64,000 nt of DNA from NCBI GenBank assembly GCA_051294375.1, contig CM119266.1, forward strand, positions 24,364,990-24,428,989, read 5' to 3'. Shown one piece after another: positions 39,407 through 50,230 of the stretch. The stretch comes from Paraspadella gotoi. Taxonomy: Eukaryota; Animalia; Chaetognatha. The notes below the pieces were generated by a model. The model did no database searches and was not told where the DNA came from. It saw only the letters and a program-made list of their open reading frames with translations. Made by a program: the position numbers and the translations under genes. The first letter of the stretch is position 1, and each line of letters opens with the position of its first letter.

Positions 39407-41529
39407 AATATTTTATATTTGCAGTTGTTGTTTCTACTTTACAAAAAATATCATCATGACATAATATCAATCGTACAAATATTCAGTCTTCTTTGTCTTT
39501 TTAGTTTCCTTTTTTTTTTGTTTTCTTTTTATAAAAAACAAAAAAACAAAAGTTATGTACTGACTTCTATTTTTGACGTTGCTGTAATATTTTGTAACGT
39601 TTTNNNNNNNNNNNNNNNNNNNNNNNNNNNNNNNNNNNNNNNNNNNNNNNNNNNNNNNNNNNNNNNNNNNNNNNNNNNNNNNNNNNNNNNNNNNNNNNNN
39701 NNNNNNNNNNNNNNNNNNNNNNNNNNTCAGACGACGACCTCGAAATTTTTGCCCTCGAATTTGTCGGCATAGAAATCCGAGTCTCCTTCTTACTTCTTCT
39801 TCTTCTTCTTATTCTTCTTCTTCTTTTTCGTCGTCGTCGTCGTCTTCATCGTCGTCGTCAGGGAACCGAGGCGACGGATTCCGTTCAAAAGAGGAGAAAG
39901 AGGGCGGCGGGTCTGTCAGGGGACCGAAGGGGCACGAAAGGGAGCTGAGGGATTCTCTCCTTCTTTTTATTATTATNNNNNNNNNNNNNNNNNNNNNNNN
40001 NNNNNNNNNNNNNNNNNNNNNNNNNNNNNNNNNNNNNNNNNNNNNNNNNNNNNNNNNNNNNNNNNNNNNNNNNNNNTTTTTTTCTCATAACTCAAAGAGA
40101 AGCTGTTCTCCATCTTGGCTTTTCTTCTTCCTGAGATATTCTCTTTTTTTTTTCCTTGTTACCTTTCTAACGCCGCCTTGCAGGAATTTTTGACGCTATC
40201 TTGGTACGATTTCTGCCTAGCTCTTTTTTTTCCCGTCCTCCTCTAACGTTGAAGTTCGACCCTCATACGGCAAGAATGAGCTTATTTTTCTACCAGTTGA
40301 TTGAACTCACTGATAATAGTTTCACATCTGTTCCCATAGTTTTTCCGCTATCCTTTTTTCCGCATTGTTTCATTCAAAGTCATTTACTACTTAGCTTTGT
40401 TTTTTTAAAAACCCGCTTTTGCAAGATATTCCATTGAAAACTAAACTATGTACGACCTTCGACGTTATAAAATAAATTTATAGCCGAAGTGACATTGTCA
40501 TTTGTGTCATAAACTATATCACATAACAATAGTTTTGCGAGTGACGTTTAGTTTATTTTGATATCTAGCCTGCGATATATGATTTTTATGGAGAATTGTC
40601 TTCAGAGCCTTTTCTCCATTCATCTTTTTTTCCATCGGTAGTGTGAAGGATTAGTGGCTTTTTTTTCAATCTTTGCGCGACAACACGATTTATCGCGACA
40701 TATCATTTTACTTATGATTCAAAGTATGACAGAGTTCTTCGCTTTAAAATAGCGGCGAGGACTTGCCTTCTGTTTGGATCAAAGCTTTTTTCTTTTGTCC
40801 GCTAAGTCCGCTTTGGCTCTCTTTTCTCCGTTCTGGCTTCAAGATTCTCTTTCCTTTAATATCGATGTTCGAATCATTTTTCTTTTTTCGGTTTTCACCT
40901 TGTCCCACGTCTTTCCATCGATCTTGGATGTCAGTCCCAAGATTTTTTCCGATTCTCGCTCCATTCGTCGTGGCGGAAAGCGTTGCGCGGTTCTCGATGG
41001 CAACCAATGCCACGAAAAGCATGTAATAAAAAAACCTGAATAACCACTGAGCGTCCTTTCAGTGCGACACACTTTAATAGTTCAAGTATACGCTTTGGCG
41101 AGTTCGAGCTGATGATTAGTTTATTTGTTTTGATAAATAGTTTTCGCGGCTAGTTCAGAAGTGGCAACTAATCTTGGAGGCGCTCTTCGTGTACGTCTTT
41201 GGGCGGGAATGAATTCGTAACTACTTCCGTCTTCTAGTTCTTCGTCGACGCAGGCTTTAATTCGATGCTTTGGTTATAATTCCGCCACGGTACTACGTCA
41301 AGTTTTCCACGTCTCTGTAGTCTCCTCACATCATACTTACTCTCCTTGCTTTTCTCTCTGCCTTGATTTTCGTTTAATTATTTGCTGTTTTCCCACCCGT
41401 GTCCATTTTATGATGTAGCTCGGTTAGGATGTGTTTTTTCCTTTTTTTTTCTGACTGACGAGAAGTTGGTGGCGTAATCGTCAGGTTGACGCATCTCGGT
41501 GAGTCTTCACTCCCTTTGGCTTAGGGTCT

Positions 41530-41916
41530 CGTCGTCGGTGACCAAATTTGTTGTGTCAAAGATCTACATCGAAATATTGGCGAAAACTGAAACGGAAATA
41601 AAAGAGACTGATAAAAAAATTATTGAACTCGAAAGAAAGACAAGATTAACATCGTTGCGAAAAAGAAAATATTGAAAATGAAATAAATTTATTCGAATAA
41701 TCTTTTATCAGAAAGGCAGCTGAATTCCGGAAAGAAAGAATGGATTGGTGCCTAAGTACAGACTGCAGACCTCAATCGGTGGAAGACGCGATGAGAAAAC
41801 TAATGTCTTATGAAAACTTTTATATGGAACAACAAAAGAAAGAAAAAGACGAAGCAAAGATAAAGAAACTGAAAGCTGACTATGAAGAAAAAACAATAGC
41901 TTTGAAAGATGGATAG
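41530..41916 (+). pseudogene. Frame-broken K/E-rich coiled-coil-like ORF in the 40-44.6 kb island
   Basis: 'KIYIEILAKTETEIKETDKKIIELERKTRL...' then, in another frame, 'AAEFRKERMDWCLSTDCRPQSVEDAMRKLMSYENFYMEQQKKEKDEAKIKKLKADYEEKTIALKDG*'. Confidence 0.35.
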
Positions 41917-42082
41917 AAGGTCCGGTATATTAACAAAAATAAAGTCTTCTCCGAACTTCCAAAGAAGAAATGAGAACACATACTGAAGGGAAAAAACTCA
42001 CCAAAATAGACTTGATCAGTAACGAAAACCAAGTGTAATGTTTTGGTTCGTGTCTTGAATCATTCTAGTCATTCAGTTGATC

Positions 42083-42434
42083 ATGGCACATAAACTTACT
42101 GAAAACTTTTCGTGTAACGAGAGAGAGTCCAAAGCCGCTGGCAGAGACGCCAAGCAACCTTGAGGATACGCTGGAGAAGCTGGAGATGAACGAGAAAGAA
42201 TTCGAACACTTTATTTCCGAATACATAGCGCTTGATTCCCGATGACAAAAGTGTCAGAGACGTATACGTGGCGAATTCGCTTACCTGGAAAAGATGGTCC
42301 GATATCATGGAAGGCAGAAGGAAAACTACTTTGCTAAAAGATGCTTAACTACCGTTTTAAAAAAACATCTATGTTGTCGGCATTACGAGGATTATGGTGT
42401 GTGTCTCATTTGTTTTTTCTTGTCTTATTGTTGA
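42083..42434 (+). pseudogene. Small ORF with a Cys-rich C-terminus, one in-frame TGA (42243-42245) and a 5' frameshift
   Basis: 'LLKTFRVTRESPKPLAETPSNLEDTLEKLEMNEKEFEHFISEYIALDSR*QKCQRRIRGEFAYLEKMVRYHGRQKENYFAKRCLTTVLKKHLCCRHYEDYGVCLICFFLSYC*'; an ATG at 42083 lies one frame off. Confidence 0.4.
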
Positions 42435-43182
42435 ATTCAGCTCATCACAGTTATAATGGTGAACAAGCCCAGCTAGCAGTAACAGTATTCGGACAAAATT
42501 ATCGGCAATGTTGGTGAGAGAGAAGATTCGCAGTCCATGCTACAATTTCGTATGTGACCAGAATCGGCACACATAATCGTTCATCGAATGACGAACTCCA
42601 CGAAGTCGAAAAATACAGACGGTAAGATAAAAAATCCGTAAAGATATGAAAAATTCTAAGAATATGTCAGAGGGCAATAAAAATAAAAACAAAAGACGCC
42701 GAAAATTATCGATCCCGAGACTTTTAGAGAAAAATAAAGTTGTCTAAATGACTAACCAGTTAATAATTCAAAAGTGAGCTATGTTTCGATAGCTAAAATT
42801 AAATATATTATTAAATTTAATCTCACAAGTGGTTCCAAGCTCAGCCGAAAAGAAAAAAGACAACGAATCCAGACGAAGGACAGATGCGAAGACACAGTTT
42901 AATGCTCCTCCAGAAAACAGAGAGAAAAAATTGGCTAAACTGGAACGTTTTAATAATCTATCTTCTGCATTTAATCTGTCGCGACTCGACATCGTTATCC
43001 GGTCACACAAGATTTCACAGTTTAAAAAAAATTTTCTTTTATAATTTGTTAATGGGTTCATCTTTACAGGGATTCAGTTATATTACTAAAAAAGTCTCCG
43101 TCAAAAATATGATATACTCTAATATAATAAACTATTGGACTGCCTACTCCGAAGTCGACATCTGAAAAATCGACATCATCTC

Positions 43183-44360
43183 ATGTGGGCGCCGACGGAC
43201 TTCTGAGAGGCAGCAACTTTTCGGCGAAGTTTCCCATTCGCCAGGGATCTTCGGGTGAAGAGACTGCGGCGAGATAGAGAACGATTTCGATCTGCCGCTG
43301 TCAGAGTTCCGTCAGCGAATTGACGGCGCCTTACGAACAGTTCGGAGGCCTAAACGTCATCGGGAAGACTTTCGCCGCCCGCCTTCTGAACAAAAAGGCG
43401 CAGATTCCACCTCATCGCCGGGCGCTGACGATACTTCACGTCCCCATCATCGTCGGAGCGGCGACGAAGTATACTTCAAGGACGGATTTCGAAGCGACGG
43501 TAACAGGGTGATGGTGAGGAGGATCAGGAGGGCTTGGAAGAAGGCAGCAAAAACCCGGGGTTGGACGGACGAGGAATTTGACAACCTGTCCAAGAAGATA
43601 GAGAGGAGCGAATCGCAGAGAACTCTGCCTCCGTCTCGCAAGTTCGTACAGACCTGCCCAACCCACCATACAGTTCAAGACATCACCATCGACGACCTGC
43701 GCAACGTCATCCACGCGCGTTCGTCATATTTGAGAACTCATCACCTGCGGTCCAGTACGAGAAGACGACGACGTCCACAAGCTCTGTCATCGATCTCGGA
43801 GCAAAGCTTCCAGAGCAGCACAATCGACTTCATCGCAAACGGAAGTCGACGGACCGAGGTGGGCTCAGCTGGAAGCTCGCTGTCACCGACAGAGCCGGGA
43901 ACTGTTGAAGGCGGAGATGGATAAGGCGGAATTCCGGATTAAAGTAGAGAGGCTGGAACAGGAGCTGAAGAGAGAGACGGAGAGAAGGATCGAAGCGGAG
44001 GTGAGACTGGAAGGGAGGGTGCGAGAGGTGGAGCAGAGGCGAGCAACTACCGAACGCCTCTGGAGCCAGACATGCGGCAAAATGTATGACCGCCTGGAAC
44101 AGCTTTCTTCACCGCCGGAGTCGAGGAGGCGTTTGGCGTCGCCTTTCCGCGAAGAGCCGCAGTCTGATCTCCGACTCTCAAAGTTTCATCCACCGCCCGG
44201 CATGGAACAATTTATTAATTCGCCGCCACGCACACGTCAGATGCCGGCGCCGAAAAAGAAACTGCCGACCCTCCAGCCAGTGTCGCCGCCTCCACCTCCA
44301 CCACCGAGACGAGAGTATCCGGATTGGGCGAAGAAGGCCACCAAGAAGCGAAGTCGTTGA
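43183..44360 (+). CDS. Apparently intronless ~390-codon gene broken by frameshifts: globular-looking N-part, S/T linker, coiled coil, Pro-rich tail, C-terminal NLS-like KKATKKRSR
   Basis: Consecutive overlapping ORFs 43320-43511, 43508-43924 and 43905-44360 in GC-richer coding-like sequence; heptad-like 'LKAEMDKAEFRIKVERLEQELKRETERRIEAEVRLEGRVREVEQRR'; AATAAA motifs at ~44555-44630. The start codon is uncertain. Confidence 0.6.
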
Positions 44361-45192
44361 ACTATTTTAACTGGAAACTCAGTCGGCGTCGGATGCCAGA
44401 ATTGCCCGAGCCGACCTCTCTAGAGCCGACCGCGAATCACACGCAGCGTGTCATATGGCCTAGAGAGCAATTCCTTGTATTCTTGCATTATACTGTATTT
44501 ATTGAGTTCTGTATTGCCCGGTACCTTGACAGTAACAACTTATCGACGGGAGTAAATAAATCGAAAAATCTGAGAAAAAAGAAAAATTAGAGTATAAAAA
44601 CAAATAAATAAATATTAATAAATAATAAAACAACTGGCTACACAAATTCACTTAACGAAAACGACTAAAGAACTTCAACAAAAAAAATTGAGAAAAAAAA
44701 TTTAAACCGTCCATCAGAATTAAAAAACGAAGAATGAAGAAACTTGTTTGAGGTTGCCTAGCAACGGAAGAGGAAAAATTTTCGATCGATCGTAGACAGT
44801 GTATAGTGGGACTAAGCAACGGACAAATTGACTGAACATACTAAGACAATGTAAATTAAATTTATTTATTCTGTATGGCAAATTGCAAAAACGAAATTAT
44901 CAAATCGATTCGTTTTTTATATACAGTGTTTATCAACTGAACAAACAATTTATCTTGTAAAACAAGAAGGGGGAGAAAAAGACCAAAAGAAAAACTTTCG
45001 AATCAAGATAGTCAGAAAATAAACTAGTAGTACTTGGTCTAGTGTAACGATTGGTTTCAACACCCAAGCATGCACTATCATATTCACATGCANNNNNNNN
45101 NNNNNNNNNNNNNNNNNNNNNNNNNNNNNNNNNNNNNNNNNNNNNNNNNNNNNNNNNNNNNNNNNNNNNNNNNNNNNNNNNNNNNNNNNNNN

Positions 45193-48100
45193 GAACCTGA
45201 TGACGAATTGCGAGGGAAAAGGAGGAAGAGGAGGAGGAGGAGGAGGAGGATGCGAGTGGAAAGGCGATGGTGAGATGGAGTGATGGGGTGAGTGTGAGAT
45301 GGGTGAAGGGCGTAATGAAATAGAGGATTGTGAACGAATTCTGGGTAGGTATTAAAAAGTTTCGCGTTTCGTCCTCATAACGTGTGTAATTAAAGAAGAA
45401 TCATAAGACGAAAGATAGTAATTCTGAGTTTGTGATAAAGTTATTAATAGTGTTTGTTTGTTTGTATTTTTGATACTGAATTTCTCGAAAATACATTTAA
45501 ATGTGAACAAACAATTTGAGCGGTTTGCGTGGCTGAAGCTTAATTTCACTGACCTCAATAAAATGTTCCGTAGATATTTTAGAAGAAAATTAAACGATCA
45601 GAAGAGTCAGCGAAAATTCGCTTCTTAATTTAAAAACATTTTTGTCCCTTGAGACACGAAAAAGTTTTCAAAACTTTTTTTTTTAATTTTTAAAACGGAG
45701 AGTAGCCATTTTCCAGATCACGAGCCGATGAGGAGAAGGATCACCGCAATCAATCTAAATTAGATATCTTCTGCAAATACCCCGAACGCATTCGTAACCG
45801 GCCACCTCTCCAGCTGGGGCCCCTTAAAACTAAAATATCTGATGCTATATTAGCTTTCTCTTAAAATCTATATTTTATACTCTTCGCTATTCCGCTTTTC
45901 TGTACTTATAGAAGAAGCGCTTGCCGCCTCACTATCCATCCCCACACTTCAAGCACACCCACTCCCACTGTAAGGTCCGCTGACGCGAGAAAAACATGAA
46001 ACAATACCGCCTTTTCATCTCCAAACTTTACTTCTATTCAGCGTTTAAATAACCCTTTGTTTCCTTAACACAAAAACAAAAACACTCTAAACAAACACAC
46101 TCACAATGATAAAACCAGAGTCAACCGCCTCACCACAGCTAGTCAACACCACTCTACCTAAGAGTTCACCCTGCCCTCACTCTATTAATCCTTTTAATTC
46201 GCTTTTGTTACTCGCAGTCCTCTTCCTCTTCCTCCTCTTTCCTCCTCCACCTCCCCCACCCTTCTCCTCTTCCTCTCCCTCGACATGGCTTTAACAATTG
46301 AAGGAATAGATGGCCCGCGATAGTTCTCTTCGGGGTTTTCCCCTTCTGCGCTGTTCTGGTCAGAATCTTGGAGCTCGCACATAGAGGGAGAGAAAGCTTA
46401 AATCGAAATAGACGTTTTTTGAGCCGCCCGGCGGCGCGCCGCCGCTTGAGGGACGGGCTCGTGTGGTATCGGGGGGCAAGGGTTGAAGGGGGAATGAGGG
46501 GAGAGTAAAGTAATGGGGGTAGTGGGGAGAACGTTTGAGATGGATAAAGAGAGGAAGCTGGGAATGCATGAATGATCGTTGCTGGATAGGGTATAAGTGG
46601 GCAACGACGGTCTCGGAAACAAGGTTGTGAGATTGAGTCGTCAGTCTTAGCGATAGAACTGTTTTTATTTATTTTGCTATTTCGTTCGTCGTTTTATTAG
46701 TTAATTATCTTTAAAGTAATTCACCATTTTTGGCCCAGTTGTTTTCTTCCTAATTATCTATCTACATTTGTACCCTTTTTCACACTTATCACAATCTCTC
46801 AACTTTCCCTCTTGAAGATTGTGTTTTTGTTCCCCCTTTCTTTCCCAGACTCGCTTTTCATCCAATCCAAGTTTGAACTATTCATTCTATTTTCGGAAAC
46901 ATTTTTTTTTATTCATTTTTCTAACGGTTCATATCTTCTTTCTTCTTACCTTTGACCTGCGTCTTTTGTATTCCTAACATTTCTTCCATAACATTTCCGC
47001 GCCCTCCCCGCCTATCTTGTGAAATCGACTTCTTCTTCTCATTTTCTGTCCCGTTTTTTTTTCCCCTCCCTCCTTTCTTTTCCCTCCTTCCCCTTTCCCT
47101 CCTCCTTTTCCTTTTCCTTTCCTCCCTCTTCATAATGCCCTCTCCTCCTCTTCTTTACCTTTGTTGCTGGCGCGCGCCCGCCTGGCCTTAGTTCCTCCGG
47201 CACCAGAAAATGACAGGGACGAGAACACTCGATTGACGAATTGCAGAGGAAAAGGGGCGAGAAAAGAGGGGCACGGAGGAGCGGCACTGCCAACGCGAGG
47301 AGAGGAATGCAGATGTGTGGGAAAGGGCGATGCGCGGTCGAGCGACTAACGAACTCGGACCCCACAGGTGATGGGACCTTATACATTCGTGCCAAATGTG
47401 TTCGAAGAATGGACGCCGCTCCAGTCCGGGGATTGCGACGCCTGCGGAACCGCGTCACCCCCGGAGCCGCCATCCTCCGCGCGGCCACCGCGCTCGTACC
47501 TGACACCAGCCCGTCGCCGGTGAAATCCTGGTATTGCGCCAGTGAAAGGGCCGTGGGGGTCGACCCGGTCCGCGACGGGGTTAAATGAAAAATCGACCGG
47601 CCCTCCCGGCATGTGACCCGAAAGTGAACACACGAAACAAATTCACAGCGCCCAGGCGGTTATAGGTTTCAAATAATTTCTCAAAACAAGTTTTCGCGTT
47701 TTGGTCCACCTCAACGTGTTTGTAATTAAACAGAAAAATAACGAAAGACAGATTCTTAATTCTGGAACAGTAGACCACCTGTGAGAATTAAGGACTTTTT
47801 TATGGGTGTTTCCTATGCATTCACTCTAGTTTGATATTTTTTTGATACCCTCTGAATTTTTCTCGAAAAACATCTTAAATGTGAAGAAAACAAAACAATT
47901 TGAGCGCGTTTTTTGCGTCGTGGCTGCCCTGAGACTTTATTAAATTTCAACTGACCTACCAAAAACATTTCCGTGACATTATTTTACGAAGAAAAATCGC
48001 TAAACGCATCATTAAGAGTCAGCGAGAAAAACTTCGCTCGATCCAGCCACTATCACCCCCTACCCTTCACCCACAACCAGACACACATCACAAACACCAC

Positions 48101-48330
48101 ACCACTCCCCCCGCCTACGCCTTACCCTCGACCACCACCAATCATCCACACGCACCCCCTTCTCAAAACTTCGACATTACCTCCCCTCCTTAAATCTTAA
48201 AACCATTCTTTTTTTTTGGATCCACATTGAGACACCGTCACACCAGAAGTTTTTCAAACAAAACCCTTCTTTTTTTCATCTTTTTTTTTTTTTTTAATTT
48301 TTTTTCCTTTTAACAAACGCGACGGACAGT
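45193..48330 (+). repeat. Tandem C-B-C' arrangement of duplicated segments with insertion-inflated copies
   Basis: 45193-45712 matches 47225-48330 (aagtttcgcgttt ~45358/47688; aatttgagcg 45513/47897; aagagtcagcga 45602/48013), and the intervening part matches segment B at 27655-28870. Confidence 0.8.
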
Positions 48331-48837
48331 AAGCCACAACCAACCCGCCAACTCACGTTAACTAAAATATTCATCCGAGGCTAACATTTTTTTTTTCAAA
48401 TCTGCAGGTAATAATAATATCGATTAGCAGCCTCTTCCCTCTCTCTCCTCTCCTCCTCCTCTCTTACTCTCTCTCTCTCTCTCTCTCTCTCCCTCTCTCT
48501 CCTCTCTCTCTCTCTCTCTCTCCCTCCTCTCTTCTCTTCTCTCTCCTCTTTTACTCTTTTGACGAGCGTCGGGTAACATATATAAAAAAGCGAGAAAAAC
48601 AATAGTGGAATAAAAAAAAAAAAGTTTGACTCCAACATTATTTAATTTCTTTTTTTTTCAATCCTAGAGAATTTCCGAGTGGCCCACGCCCGGCGATTCT
48701 CTTTTTCTTTTTTATTAGATGGAATAATATATACTCTTGAATATGCAGAGAAGAAACGTAAGCGGGAATCCTCTCGTTATAAGAGAGAAAGAGAGAGAAG
48801 AGAGGCGAGAGTAGAGAAGAAGAAGAGGAGCTGACGG

Positions 48838-48878
<41 letters not shown>

Positions 48879-49949
48879 GAGAGCAGGAAAGATGACGACG
48901 ACGCAGAGAGACGAGAGACGGAAGGAACGTGACGAAGACGAGAGAGAGAGAGAAAGTCTGATCAGTTAAACGATTTTGCATTCTTTCGGGTAAAACAATA
49001 TAAAAGAAGCGAGCACTACGTTGAGGGTATTAAATTATATGTCAACAAGCTTTACTAATATTTTGTTTCGTAAGCTAAGGCTTTCTTTTCAGGGAAAAAA
49101 AAACTACCGAATCCTAGGACTTCACTCAGCCCTGTATTCAATTCCCCGATGTCAATCACCAGATTTTAATCAAGCTTTTTTTTTCCCTCTCCCCCGCCCC
49201 CCTTTCCGTCTCAGTGACGAGAATGAACAAGCGTCAACACTCGACAACAATCACGTTCAGCTGCTTTCTTTTTCTTTTTCTTTTTTTTCTTTTTCTTTTC
49301 TTCTCTTTCTTTTTTTTTAATAATTTCACCACAGAATCGACCTTCGATTTTTTTTTCTCGATCTCAACTCACCAAATCACTCGAGTCTCTCACTCACCCC
49401 ATAACCGTTCGACTCTATCGACCCCTTCCCCTTCTCCATCCATTCACCCCCGTTTTCACTGCCCCCCCCCTTCGTCGATTCAAAGCCATTTTTCTTTCTT
49501 TCGAATCTCTAGCGGTTTCCCCTTTATCTAATTCTCTTTCCAACATCTCATTGAACAAAGGCGGATCTCCGTCCACGATTTAACTCCTTTTTTATCCCTC
49601 ATCCCTTTTTTTCTTCTTTTAGCCCTATCTTTCCCTTTTTAATTTTTTCCTTTCTCTTCNNNNNNNNNNNNNNNNNNNNNNNNNGTCAAATGAACCAAAT
49701 TACAAAACGTGTATTTTGCAATTTACAATTTCCTGTATTCCACGCATTCACGACTGTCACCTCAATATATTTGTAACTTCCACTCACTCTCGTGACATTT
49801 CAATGAGGCTTCCATGTCACTGTCATGTCACTCCCTGACTCCCATGTCACTCGCCATCCCAACTCTACTTTTCCTCCCGACTTCATCCTTCTTTCTCCCT
49901 CGAGAAAAAAGTGAATCGCGTTAAAAATCTGAAAGAAAAAACTGAAAGG

Positions 49950-50230
49950 GAAAGAGAGGGAGGTAGGAAAGAAAAAAGAAAAGTGAGGGGAGAGGGAGGA
50001 GAAGGAGGTAGGAAGAAAAAGTAAAAAGGGAGGAGAGGGAGGAGATAGAGGAGAGGTAGGTAGGAAAGAAAAAAGAAAAGTGAAAGGAGAGGGAGGTAGA
50101 AAAGAAAAAAAAATGAGAGGAGAGGGAGGTAGAAAAGAAAAAAGAAAAGTGAGAGGAGAGGATGTAGGAAAGAAAAAGAAAAAAATAAAAGTGGTTGGAG
50201 AGGAATGTAGAAAAGAAAAAAGAAAAGAGG
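49950..50230. repeat. Purine-rich minisatellite (~36-bp unit AAAGAAAAAAGAAAAGTGAGAGGAGAGGGAGGTAG-like)
   Basis: Degenerate tandem units; explains part of the spurious 329-aa minus-strand ORF. Confidence 0.75.

Larger units (their letters stand above)
28897..39603 (+). repeat. Copy 2 of the ~11-kb direct duplication (more compact, contains N gaps and a noisy insert at ~34.1-37.0 kb)
   Basis: Same anchors as copy 1, in the same order and orientation; bounded by N gaps on both sides. Confidence 0.9.
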
